Positions 13,094-24,670 of a stretch of DNA of 64,000 nucleotides are shown here, piece by piece. The notes beneath the pieces were generated by a model. The model saw nothing but the letters and a program-made list of their open reading frames with translations, had not been told where the DNA came from and did not search any database. The first letter of the stretch is position 1. Each line of letters begins with the position of its first letter. The DNA comes from Flectonema sp. DT1601 (Eukaryota): positions 496,001 through 560,000 of the forward strand of contig OZ025798.1 in assembly GCA_964019425.1 (NCBI GenBank). The letters run 5' to 3'. The translations under genes and the position numbers were made by a program.

Positions 13094-13126
<33 letters not shown>

Positions 13127-13591
13127 CCCATGCGCTTGTGTAACTGTCATCTATTTATTACTATCCCAAAGAAGTCCAAAAGACTATGTCATAATTGGGG
13201 GAAGAATTTTTATAAAAGAAATTGTGAAAATAATGAAAAAAAAAAAAAAAAAAAAAGATTGCAGCAAATCTCATCGCAACTATAGAGTTTGTTTGCGTCG
13301 AATTGATAAGCAAGAAGATTCACCAAAGACATCATTTAGTATCGCTCACCAAGGGTTCAGGTTTTAAACAGAAAAAAAAGAGAGAGAGAGAGAGAGACCA
13401 ATTCATCACCATCCCCAAAGCCACTAGATGTAAAGTACATAATACACAAAACATAAGACACGAGGTCATACAACGTTCGACCTTAAAAAAATTTAACTGC
13501 AAAAAAAAAACGAAACGTGAAAAAAAAAAGAATGCCTTCATTGATTCATCTAGGCTAGTTCAGTTAATGTTTGCTTGCAGTTTGGTAGTTG

Positions 13592-13622
<31 letters not shown>

Positions 13623-13891
13623 AGCACAGTCGAATACTGCAGAAAACGAATCTCAACTAAAATAGTAACACCTACGACAAGTAAAACCTGAGTGCTAACA
13701 CAGAAATAAACAAAATAATAATAATAATAATAATAATAATACAGTAGTATTTATCGATATCAGTATAGTGTAACGGCGTCCTCTACTATAGAAGAACGAA
13801 CGACACACAGTAGCTGATAAATTTGAACCAGAAGGTGCCTCTCCTCCCTACAATTTCTCAACAATAACACATTCAAAAAAAAAAAAAAAAA

Positions 13892-14040
13892 AAAACCATT
13901 CATATAAACAGCCTTATATTTTATTGATCGCAGACAGTAATCCTGAACGCACAGTGAAATAGATAACATTTTTTTTTATATCATAAATAAATAAACGGGC
14001 TCTTAATCTGAATAGTTTCTTCTCCGACTTTTGTCGGTAC
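13892..14040. repeat. Dispersed repeat family B, copy 1
   Basis: Matches 57831..57964, including the identical block ggctcttaatctgaatagtttcttctccgactt. Confidence 0.85.
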
Positions 14041-14784
14041 AAAAAAAAAAAAAAAAAAAAAAGAGAGAAAAAATCATCTGTTGTGAAGCAAGTCGATCTT
14101 CGTTTTTGTTGAACGTAACGAAATACTCGTCTGACTTAAATATTTATATAAAAAAAAAAAAATATAAAAAAAAACTTTGGAGGAAGGGTACAACAAAGAA
14201 CTCTAAGAGGGATCCAACAGCCATTCATTCCTAAATCTTTTCTTTGAAATTGACTTTCACAAAAAAGAATAAAAATAGCTGCTTGTTTTGGGGGATTGTC
14301 TCCCTCCTTTCGATTTGGTACAACCTCAGACACAGAAGTAACTCTATGCAAAAAGAATAAGAGGTTGGTTGAATACGGCTTCCTTCCAACAAGGGGAACA
14401 AAAAAAAAAAAAAAAAAAAAAAAACATAAAAGAAACAGTACCAGCATGGAGCTGGTGTAGATGCATCGGCAACTGCCGACAGACTTGTGAAAGTTGTATT
14501 TCAGAAGCATCGAAAAGAAAAATGAAAGAACAATAAAATAATAGAACTTGGGAACAAAAAGAAATCCATTTTCAGATAGACTTCGAAATACGATAGCGAC
14601 CACACCGTGTAGTCTCTCAAAGCGCTAACCCGTAAGTAGTAATAGGACAGTGACACATGAAATGATAGTGATCACAGAAAAAAGAAAAAAAACTATTTTC
14701 CTACCTAAATTGATAGGAAAGAAGGTACTCAAGCCTACGATAAAAACAAGTCGATTTATCTACCTGCACATAATCATTAGCCTT

Positions 14785-16821
14785 TTAACTCTCTGCTGCA
14801 CCGGCAGACTGAACCATGAAATGAACGAGAGCTGCAGTTAGCATCGCACATAAAGCTAGCATCATTCCCGGGTGTAGTACGTAGCTAGCACCCTGAAAGC
14901 CTGCTTTTGTCAAACCGTGACAAAAGCTAACCAAGATGTACATAAAACAAGCAGACATTAAAACCCAAAACCAAGCAGCTTCCGGGAAGAGAAGGCATTC
15001 AGTTCGATAAATCACAAGGAAGAAGACTGAATCAAAAACTTCCTCACACAAACCATACACTCCAGCAGTCTGTCTGGCAGTGTCAAACCATTCTTGCTGC
15101 ACAAGTGAATAGGAAACAAGTAAGAACGCAATTGCTAAAGAGGAAATAATCATATACCACCAGTAAACTTTTGTATTATCAAGTGAACCAATGAACTTGC
15201 ATTGTACCAAAAATAAACTTAAGAAGAATGTATGGACTCCAACTGAAGTTGCCATAAAAGAGTCAGCAAAGTACCGACTAGGTGCGCATATCTTATTATA
15301 AGGCATGCTAGTACCATTTTCATGAGGGCCATAGAACAGATGGGTACCTTCAATGTAGCAATAGCTGTGTATTTCTGGAGAAGGATTTGCTACGAAATCT
15401 AAACCCAGACTGCGGGATGCTGATTCACACTCTGAGAGAGATGTGACAGCGATCATTCCTTTACCACATAATGGTTCTTCACCATTACCAAATGGATCAG
15501 TATACGCAACAGTGAATTGATTACTAAATGATAACCCGGTATCACTTCTTGGAGAATATTGAGTTCCCATAGTTTCTGTAGTTGCTTCAGTATTCAAACT
15601 AGTTAAGTTCCAAGGAACAGCTGACTCTCTGTCAGTTATTATTATTTCACCTTGTGAAGACATTGATATGTATGTACTCGAACATAGAACTGAAACGATA
15701 TAAAAAGAAGGATCAGCACCGAATGCGGTTTCAAATCTAAATTGCATATTTTGAAAATACAAAGGCGATTCATCAGTGAAGTTCAATGGATTTTCTAAAT
15801 CCGTGCTGCAATCTGAATCGTTGACAGAAACCGGAACGATTGCTAAGTAGAGTCTAGTGTTAGTGACATCACATGATCGTAAAACAATATTCTCAGAATC
15901 AGGTATCCGAAGAGCCATTACTGGTAGTGCTGAGTCCGAAGGACATCGAGCAATTACTTTTGAATACTTTCCCACTCTGTAACAGGAACCTTCACCTTTT
16001 CCGTTTCCACTTATCGCTTCGTTAACTTCCAAGTAAGGTACGGTTTCCGTCTTATTTTGAATTGAGAATATATAATCTCCGGTTTCGTAGTCGTCGCAAT
16101 GCAGGTCCTCGTCGTACCAAATTCGACACATAGTTCCGTATGATGAAAGAAGTTCATAAGTCGTACACCCTTCTACCTCATTACATAATTGACGACAGTG
16201 TTTTAAAGTTGTAGAACTTCTCATCAGTGAAGCAGCCACTTGATTCGGTCGATCAAATTTACAAGTTCGAGATGGAGTTTTCTCATATCGAAGAACTTGA
16301 TTTTCAGAATCGAAAATATGGCATTCTCTCGTAGTAGGATTATGATAAACACCTCCTGCACCTGCTGCAGAAGCTGTCGATAAACATTTACTAGAACTAA
16401 TACTGTAATGGGTCGCTATGGGTTGTAGTTTAGAGTTAGTAGCGTCTTCACAATATCCTGGTGAGAGGTATTCAGCAACATATGGAGATCCTGTTATTCG
16501 AAATCTTCTTGTAAAAAGAGAACCAGCTAACGCCTGAGAAAACACCAACAAAATAACTGCCAATACTAATGCACAGTCTATTGCTCGTCGTTCACGAAAG
16601 GACATGACTCGGGGAAGACCCTTATTAACAGATCCCATGAAATCTATTACCTCCGAATGCTGATGTTGAACATCGACGTACGACCTCACCACATTAACAA
16701 CATCATCCGGGAGACCAACTCTGTGTTTCGTATTACAAAAGTATATCAACGCAACCTTTCTGTCCACCGTCAGGTGTTCCTCCATTTCGATCCCCTCCCC
16801 GGCATACCTCCGCCTCTCCAT
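14785..16821 (-). CDS. Multi-pass membrane protein with a Cys-rich PAN/Apple-like extracellular region
   Basis: 678-aa ORF. TM helix near aa 83-100, PAN-like TTLKHCRQLCNEVEGCTTYEL...CRIW, further Cys modules, about 5 C-terminal hydrophobic helices. Confidence 0.75.
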   Translation of the reverse strand: MERRRYAGEGIEMEEHLTVDRKVALIYFCNTKHRVGLPDDVVNVVRSYVDVQHQHSEVIDFMGSVNKGLPRVMSFRERRAIDCALVLAVILLVFSQALAGSLFTRRFRITGSPYVAEYLSPGYCEDATNSKLQPIATHYSISSSKCLSTASAAGAGGVYHNPTTRECHIFDSENQVLRYEKTPSRTCKFDRPNQVAASLMRSSTTLKHCRQLCNEVEGCTTYELLSSYGTMCRIWYDEDLHCDDYETGDYIFSIQNKTETVPYLEVNEAISGNGKGEGSCYRVGKYSKVIARCPSDSALPVMALRIPDSENIVLRSCDVTNTRLYLAIVPVSVNDSDCSTDLENPLNFTDESPLYFQNMQFRFETAFGADPSFYIVSVLCSSTYISMSSQGEIIITDRESAVPWNLTSLNTEATTETMGTQYSPRSDTGLSFSNQFTVAYTDPFGNGEEPLCGKGMIAVTSLSECESASRSLGLDFVANPSPEIHSYCYIEGTHLFYGPHENGTSMPYNKICAPSRYFADSFMATSVGVHTFFLSLFLVQCKFIGSLDNTKVYWWYMIISSLAIAFLLVSYSLVQQEWFDTARQTAGVYGLCEEVFDSVFFLVIYRTECLLFPEAAWFWVLMSACFMYILVSFCHGLTKAGFQGASYVLHPGMMLALCAMLTAALVHFMVQSAGAAES

Positions 16822-17064
16822 ATGAGGGGTGGGGGGTGGGACCCTTTTTTTTAAAAATATTATAATAATTTAGTTATAAAAAAAACTCCTCCTCGAATTT
16901 CCACACAACTAATTGATCATTATGCTTAACCTTGTTGAGAAAATTATTTTATCTTCAAAAAAAAAAAAAACAGCAAAATCAACTATGACTTAGTAAACAA
17001 CTACCATACTGTAAAGTAGAGCAGTAGATATGAATCTATTATTTTTAAAAGGATGTAAATCGAG

Positions 17065-20000
17065 TCAGAAATCATTGAAATCGGTGTCAGTGTCGGAATC
17101 TGGTTGGTTACGAGAAACTGAAACCAGAGCGTCTATGGCTTCTTGTCCACCAAAATCAGAACATTCGCTCTTGTCTGCTATAGTTTCATTAAGAGGAATA
17201 CCTTTACTGTGAGAAGGACTCTCAATACCTAACAGTAATGTTGAATCAGATATCTTATCTTGTCCTCCTTTTCGATTAGTAACACTCAACACACCAGAAG
17301 AACTGTCATCGTCTTCACACTCTTCTTCTTCAGAGCTGGTTGTAAAGGTGCTGACAACACTGCTGTCGGTTAGTTCAGATTCTGATGAATGTTGTTTGTC
17401 TAATTGACTATTAGAAAGGCATTCTGAAGTTTGTTTAATTTCGTCATCTTGATTCTGATCATCTGAAGTGACGTTCTCAGCTATCGGACCCTCCTCCCGG
17501 TGGGAAGTTGTGTTCTCATCTGCGGGACGCTGTTCTTCAATTAATTTATTTTCATTCATTTCCGAGATGGATGAGACATCAATCGACCTATCAATAACAC
17601 ACTCAGCATCTGATTGAAGAATTGATGGAGAGGTAGCCTCAGGGACGACGTCCTCTGGAATGGACTTGTCCACATCTATTGTGTCAGAAATAATATTTTC
17701 CTTAAGTAGACTAACATCACTCTCCGTACTCTTTTTATCATCAGAGACCAGATTATCATCATCTTGCATAGACTGTTCTACTTCTAGCGTTTCTTTAAGA
17801 GGTGAAGTGATGACGCTATCAACAACGATATCTGACTTATGTGAGGATATTTCTTTATCGATAGCTCCGTGAACACTGTCGATGTCTTTTTCTGAACCCC
17901 TTTCTGGCTTAAGGGGATGTGAAGACGTGTTGTCATCACATTCTCTGGTTGTGTCTGGTTTACATTCTTCTTGTGTTGAATTACTACACTCTTGACCCTT
18001 CTGAGTTATCGGATCTAACACAGGATTAGATAATGAAGTGACTACTCTCTCAATGTTGTCATTCGACAGATGTCTGTTCTGATTTGAGATCAGAGTGTCC
18101 TCTTTTTCTAATTCACACTCGGGAGAAGATTGTTTACGAAGACCGTCTGATGAAGTAGAATTGTTATCATTTTGAATAGGAACCTCTTCGTTAATTTCAA
18201 TTACTTTGTTTGAAATAATTTGATCTTCATGAGTGATGTTTCCGTCTTCAGATTTAATAAAAGTTGTAAGTTGCTGATGACCGCTAATAAGAGTTCCTTC
18301 TTCTGGAGTTAACTTACGGCTTTCCCAGTTTATGGATTGGTCAGGTAGCGAGTTATCAGTACTTGCGATAGGAATTTGAGTATCAGATTTTGAGTTATTT
18401 TCTTGAAGACACTTCTCTGAACTTTGTTCAATGTAAACTTCACTCGTGAGATCGTTATTACTAATTGACTTTTCGATAACTATTTGATGATCAGTAACTT
18501 CATCAACTGACTGTCGGGTAATACGTTTTTCCTCAATTTGATTCTCATTGGGATCGCAATCGATTGTCGGGTAAGTATTCAACTCTTGATTGGTGTGTTC
18601 TGCTACTTCTGAATTTGAATTAGCTTCTTTATTGAAAGACTGTTTCCCCTGAGCTAAAGGTTCATTACTGTTACTCGTCTCCTCTAAGTCGATACGGTCA
18701 GAAGATTGATTCCCTTCAACTAATCCGTCTGGAATATCCTCATCGTGTGTTTGGTCATTCAGTGAATTAATTTGTGTTGTTTTGTTTACTGAAGACTGGT
18801 CTTGATCTTCATCATCACCAGGTATGTTTCTGACTGAGATGTGAGTTACTAATTGATTATCCGAACAACTGACTTCAGCAGGTGTTCCTCTCTCAGTAGT
18901 AATTGGCCCGTCGTGTGTATCATCGACACCACTAGCCTCAGCAGGTGTTCCTCTCTCAGTAGCAATTGGCCCGTCGTGTGTATCATCGACACCACTAGCC
19001 TCAGCAGGTGTTCCTCTCTCAGTAGCAATTGGCCCGTCGTGTGTATCATCGACACCACTAGCCTCAGCAGGTGTTCCTCTCTCAGTAGCAATTGGCCCGT
19101 CGTGTGTATCATCGACACCACTAGCCTCAGCAGGTGTTCCTCTCTCAGTAGTAATTGGCCCGTCGTGTGTATCATCGACACCACTAGCCTCAGCAGGTGT
19201 TCCTCTCTCAGTAGTAGTTGGCCCGTCGTGTGTATCATCGACGCTAGCCTCAGTAGGTGTTCCCCTGCCTGAAGTACTCGGAGTGTGATTTACATTATGA
19301 CACGGTAAGTTAATATCAGAGACTACCTTATCACAGATATCAGTGTTAGGTATTGCAACACGATTTGTTGTTTCTTTGTCTGTGTTAACCGAACAGCTGG
19401 CTTCAGTTGGAGTGCCCCGTCCAGAAGTACTCAGAGAATGATGACTGTCTACTGTTTTATCGCCAATTTCAGCTTCAGTGATGACTTGCAGCTCACTGCT
19501 TATATTTACGAAACAGTTGGCTTCAGTTGGAGTTCTCCTCTCAGAGGAACTCGGAGTGTGTGTAGGATTACAATGTGAGTTTAAATCAACGGGGGATTCA
19601 CAGCCAGTGTCAACCGCATGACAGCTGCGGTCATACAAACTTCGAAGTTTTGGGTTCAAACACTTTTCAGCCAACGATATAATACAACAGCTTCCACATA
19701 TTACAGACTTCCTCGTATTTATTATTAATCTCCGATGGAATCGGATTTGCTGAACTGAAGTGAACGCAGCAACAGAACCAACCAACGAAAAGATTTTTGA
19801 AAGTTGTTTTCTTGACGGACATCTAAGAACCGGACGAGACCTTATAGGCAAGTCAGTTGTTGGTGGTGCTGGACTGCTTAAAGAGGTAGTTGCTTGTGGT
19901 GGTGGTGGTGGTGGCTTTGGTGGTATTTCTGCTTTCTGATTCTTTGCCGGAACTGGATCTCGTTTCTGTTGACGGATTCTGTCTCTGATGATCAATCTGC

Positions 20001-20187
20001 GTATCTCATCATCAGTTAGGTTTGAGTTATTATTTCTCGTAGATTTGTCATACGGGACGTCCATAAATTTTACCCTCATTCGACGTAGCCACCATACCAT
20101 ACCCGCATTATGTAATATTTTGTGAACACCACTCTTAGGGTATACTACTCCATCAACGACAGATTCTCCATACCGTGGTCGTCGCAT
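17065..20187 (-). CDS. Large low-complexity acidic Ser/Thr-rich protein with a 21-aa tandem repeat
   Basis: 1040-aa uninterrupted ORF with a Pro-rich segment, GTPAEASGVDDTHDGPIATER repeats and an acidic, probably disordered C-terminus. Confidence 0.8.
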   Translation of the reverse strand: MRRPRYGESVVDGVVYPKSGVHKILHNAGMVWWLRRMRVKFMDVPYDKSTRNNNSNLTDDEIRRLIIRDRIRQQKRDPVPAKNQKAEIPPKPPPPPPQATTSLSSPAPPTTDLPIRSRPVLRCPSRKQLSKIFSLVGSVAAFTSVQQIRFHRRLIINTRKSVICGSCCIISLAEKCLNPKLRSLYDRSCHAVDTGCESPVDLNSHCNPTHTPSSSERRTPTEANCFVNISSELQVITEAEIGDKTVDSHHSLSTSGRGTPTEASCSVNTDKETTNRVAIPNTDICDKVVSDINLPCHNVNHTPSTSGRGTPTEASVDDTHDGPTTTERGTPAEASGVDDTHDGPITTERGTPAEASGVDDTHDGPIATERGTPAEASGVDDTHDGPIATERGTPAEASGVDDTHDGPIATERGTPAEASGVDDTHDGPITTERGTPAEVSCSDNQLVTHISVRNIPGDDEDQDQSSVNKTTQINSLNDQTHDEDIPDGLVEGNQSSDRIDLEETSNSNEPLAQGKQSFNKEANSNSEVAEHTNQELNTYPTIDCDPNENQIEEKRITRQSVDEVTDHQIVIEKSISNNDLTSEVYIEQSSEKCLQENNSKSDTQIPIASTDNSLPDQSINWESRKLTPEEGTLISGHQQLTTFIKSEDGNITHEDQIISNKVIEINEEVPIQNDNNSTSSDGLRKQSSPECELEKEDTLISNQNRHLSNDNIERVVTSLSNPVLDPITQKGQECSNSTQEECKPDTTRECDDNTSSHPLKPERGSEKDIDSVHGAIDKEISSHKSDIVVDSVITSPLKETLEVEQSMQDDDNLVSDDKKSTESDVSLLKENIISDTIDVDKSIPEDVVPEATSPSILQSDAECVIDRSIDVSSISEMNENKLIEEQRPADENTTSHREEGPIAENVTSDDQNQDDEIKQTSECLSNSQLDKQHSSESELTDSSVVSTFTTSSEEEECEDDDSSSGVLSVTNRKGGQDKISDSTLLLGIESPSHSKGIPLNETIADKSECSDFGGQEAIDALVSVSRNQPDSDTDTDFNDF
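18876..19263. repeat. 63-bp coding minisatellite, about 6 copies
   Basis: Unit cagcaggtgttcctctctcagtag(c/t)aattggcccgtcgtgtgtatcatcgacaccactagcct recurs at 18876, 18939, 19002, 19065, 19128 and 19191. Confidence 0.95.
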
Positions 20188-21840
20188 TTGTTTGACTTAT
20201 GAAGAACGCGTTACTTTAATAAATGTATTTCCATAATATTGATGCTGTGTAGCTTTATGTTTAAAAAAATAATTCTTTTATGATTAAATGAAACTAATTA
20301 TCAATTTGAATTACAAAATAAGATATTTGCGAAGCGGCTAAGGAACAGAGAGAGGTTTGATATGGAAAAAATAAAAAAAATAAAAAAAAAAGAAGAAAGA
20401 AAAAAAAAATTAACTTTTTTGTTTCTGCGCCGAAAATTACAAAAGAAATTGGGTGGAATAGGACAAAAGAAACAAGAAATGTCTCATATATCAGTATATA
20501 GCAATGTTCACTTGTTTTTTTTTTTTTTTTTTTCCATTCTTGTTTTAACTTCAGTAGTAGATCGTACCCTAATCCAAGGAAGATTACCTCACAGATTTCC
20601 ATTCGATTCTCAATACCGCGGCAGAAAGAAAAAAAGTGGGCGGAAAAAATAATGAACCTAAATCCCTAAAGGAATAGTTTACGTCATAAAGGCACGCAGA
20701 TCCTATGTCGATAAATACTTGTTATTTTTAATTTAATTTGAAACCAAAAAAAAAATGGAAGACGGGATTGAACTAAAATCGCTTCTCTGGGTTACCGGAA
20801 GTAAACATGATTGACAACTCCTTGAAGGGAAGCTCGGATAAAATGGTTCCCCAAGGTGTGTATAGCTTCTCAGCTATTCGGAAATCCGAATCGATATTCA
20901 GCTGAGCTCAAAAAACAATAAAAAATAATAATTAAAAAAATCGAGGGGGGGGAATCGAACATTGTTTATTTATTTATCGAAGTCAGGGGAGCCAAACCTC
21001 ACGAGGTACCATTCGGTACCATAACTGTGAGAATCACAGGCGAGAGACGCAAATTTACTAAAGTAAATGACTACCCCGGACACGGCTGCATGCACGAAGC
21101 AGGCAGTGTAAGAGACGACCGACAACGCCAATTTTTCACCAAGGGAGAGAGAACACTCCACTGTTTAGATTACGAAAGAAAGAAAAAATTGAACGTGAGA
21201 TAACTTGGAGCAAAGAGCACATATTAGTAACACAAACAAAGGAAGAGAAACAGAACCACGTCACGTTAACAGAAATAAATCGCCTGTACAGAAAACAGAT
21301 GTGAAGATCTAGTCCGTTCTCCCCTTTTTGTTCCAATATCACTATCATGCATACAATGTAGTTTCCAATATTAAAAAAAAAAAATGATGGAGGAAAAAAA
21401 AAAAAAAAAAAAAGGAAAATAACAGTCTGAAACGGAATGTCGATTTCTGAGAAGAGGAAAAAGAAGGGGGGAAAAAAAGATCGGTTTTAATGACAAATAG
21501 AAGAAATGAAACAAAATAATTAGTTCACCCAAACAATACAATGAAAAGATTTATGTTTTATTTTTTATTTTTTTATTTATTTACGAAGCCTAGGAAGCCA
21601 AAAGCCAGGAAAAGCTCAACAGGGTAACAGTTATATCGCTACCAGCAACTGTGAGACTCTCTCACAGACGATAAGAGACGTAGAATAACCTGGAACAAAT
21701 GACTACCTAAACCCACCAAGATAAGAGAAATGAAGTGTATTTAAAAAAAGTAAAAAGGGGAAAGAAGGGGGGGGGGAAAAAAAAAAAAAAAAAAAAAGAA
21801 TCGGCAAACTTCACTTTTTACTTACTAACTCACACTTTTA

Positions 21841-22488
21841 TTTTGTTTGTGCGCAACCGGCCCCTCTAACGTCGCTGCTGCGGTACGCTACAGGCAGCAA
21901 CGCCTGAATCGCTTCATTCAATACACGGCTCTCGTGTGTTGATTCCCTTGTGGGCGCGTCCCGCGCTCGTTCAAGGAACGGGCCATAACGGGTGTCCAGC
22001 TTCACGGACATTGCCTCCAAGGCCACCGCGTTGTCGATCGTTGTTCCCCACGTCGTCACGCGGCGAATATCGGTTTTGATCCTCTTGATTCCAGCCCAAT
22101 CGGCCTCATCAATTGATCTTTTCTCGTTGTGTACTTCTTCTTCCTGACAAACAATCTTTGACGGGAGAAGACGATCGCCTTTGCTCATCAGCCAGGCACA
22201 TATTGGACACACCCAATTTGATCGATGTACGAGGAATGGCGCTGCATTCCTCTCCGTGAGCGTCTCATTCAGACACTGCACAGAACAACGGTGCCCGCAT
22301 CTCTTGCAATCGAGCTCATCAACATGAGACTCGTCGCAATTCGGAAAGATGCAAGCATCCTCGAGTGGGTGACACTGCACTTCTGCAGGCCACTCACTCG
22401 CCGTGATTGTGCTCCACTCAACAGTGGAAGGTTCACAATGATATCTCGTAGTAGTCAATTTGTGTATTTTTTGTTTGTGCGCAACCGG
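21841..22488 (-). mobile_element. GC-richer insertion carrying a start-less PHD-finger-like ORF fragment, flanked by a 20-bp direct repeat (putative target-site duplication)
   Basis: ttttgtttgtgcgcaaccgg occurs at 21841..21860 and 22469..22488. The enclosed DNA is visibly more GC-rich than its flanks. ORF 21838..22458 begins at TTG, has no in-frame ATG upstream, and carries CIFPNC..CKRCGHRC...C..WVCPIC. Confidence 0.55.
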
Positions 22489-23373
22489 TAGAAAATCCTA
22501 ATAAAGGAATAGGTAGTTACGCTGCCACAATTCTCTTTCTACCGAACAATGGGTTTGTAGGTACAAAAAAAAAAAAAAAAAAAGGTTGTTTTCCAAGGCT
22601 GAGTTTGTTGTAGGCGAAATACTAACACCTACCAAACTGACAAAGTTTTTATTTTTTTCGTTTTCCTTTTTTCTTTTCCCTCCCCAGATAGCGGAAACCG
22701 AAGAAGAATGTCCTAAATAAAAACTAAAAAAAAAAAAAAAAAAAAAAAACTGTTCCCTAAACTGTCAGCGGCAGCGTTACCGTAACAGTCACTTATAAAT
22801 ATGACTGCATACGCATAAGGATCAATAAAAACTTGTCTGAGGGGAATCAATCTGGTAAGTAAAGTGAAAGGGGGTGAAACTTTGACAATGTAAAAAAAAG
22901 AAAACAGTAACAACTTTAGGTATCAAGTACTTGACTGAAAAAAAATATTTTTAAGTTGTTAATCAAAGAAAAATTACGTTTAGAAAATAGAAAACATAAA
23001 TGGGAAAAGAAAGAAAAAAAAAAATTGTCTTTTGACCAGAAGACGTTGTCGAATCTGGTAATTCAAGGACCACGTACTATCAGTGTCCCATGCGGTTGGT
23101 AAAGAAGGGGAATTAACTGTTCGTTTTTGTATGTTGAATACAAATGTATTGTATCATAAACAACATAATGATAATTTAACATTAGTTTTAGATACAGTGA
23201 CTAACCGTAATGTTGGGAAAGGGAGAGGGAGGATAGAAAAAAAAAAACAAAGAAAACAACGTGGCCTTAAATATTGTTCAAAGATACACGAAATGGTACA
23301 GGAGCCAAATCAGGTTTCGAGTTGCGCGACTCGAGTGTAAGTGTAAATACGAATCCGTAACACAACTATCAAA

Positions 23374-23409
<36 letters not shown>

Positions 23410-23502
23410 CGGACGCCAGACAGAATGATCTTTCGGGGGAAAAAAAAAAAAAGTGCTGATGTATCGAGCAATTGGGTTCAATAAAAAAAAAAAAAAAAAA
23501 AA

Positions 23503-23575
23503 TTAGATACCCAGGGATCGAACTTGAGCTTCCCCATTTAAAAACAGGGAAGATTTAACAAACTCTACCACAACG
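23503..23575 (-). pseudogene. Degenerate tRNA-like sequence (tRNA pseudogene or SINE head)
   Basis: Minus strand: A-box-like TGGTAGAGTTTGTTAA, stem CTTCCC..GGGAAG, T-loop AGTTCGATCCC, then a long T run. The acceptor stem does not pair well. Confidence 0.4.
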
Positions 23576-24670
23576 ATTACGGGTAACAAAAAAGAAAAAA
23601 GAGGAGAAAAAAATAGTCACCAACAGGAGATAAAATATACCTTATAGTAACTAAGCGGAGTATTGCTTGTATAAAAGGGATGTAGGGACTAAAGAGCACG
23701 TTTAGTTTATTTAAATAAAACACACGTCAGGCGGACAACAACATCAAGGTAGTTGCACTTCTATGTTACGTTGTTATTGAAGTTGCTCGCTGACTGATAC
23801 CCAATTCCCTGAAATGGATTACTTGTTTGGTTGGAAAAAGAAAATTAATAAAAAAAATAAATTCACCAATAGGAAATAAAAAGAAAACCTTAGTGAATGG
23901 TTGGTATGTCGATTGTATAAAAAGGGATGTCGGGAACCTAATGTGCACTATCAGACTAACGAACGCATTTAATCTAATTAAATAAAACACTCTGCCGGTA
24001 ATCCACCTGACAGATTTTTGAAGATAGCTCAACGCGATTGTACTTCGCGACGAGCTACGAGAGATTAAAAACATGCAAATCCAAACAAAAACAAAAAAAA
24101 CCCTTCACATTGGCAGACAGAATCCCGTCGCACAAGAGATCATAAGTTTTGACACTTTGCTATGATACTTTTAGTTACAAAACACCATTCTAGAACAATG
24201 AAAAAAAATAATTAAAATAAAATAGCATTAAGTGAGAATCCTTATTTTGCTTTTAAAAACCCTCTCTCAGGTAGCAGTTCGCTGTCGCATTATCATCGAT
24301 TGCTTTGATATCCCGAAAACAGGTTTCCACTTGGAACCCGTCATTATTTTTTATCTATTTTGAATTTTCAAAAAAAAAAAAAAAGAAAACGAGAAAGAAA
24401 AAAAGGGGGAGGATGAAGGAAAAAATATTTTAAAATGTCTGTGTTGTTACAAATAAAATGTTTCGGCACTTATTCATATTGTCATAAAAACAAAAAAAAC
24501 AAAAAAAATTTAAAAAAATGTGGACTGAAAAAGCAGCCCAAATAAAACATCAAAAAAAGATGCTGCTTTTCGCTTCTAAAAGTATAAGCTTAAAAAGCAA
24601 GCATGTTTATTCAGATAAGTTCCCTTATTTATTTATTTATTTATTTATTTATTTTATTTTTGACATGGTT

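Noticed and set aside
9543..14784. Many 60-155-aa ORFs rich in poly-Phe or poly-Lys (also throughout the other intergenic regions)
   Set aside because: They are translations of poly(T)/poly(A) tracts with no recognisable domains.
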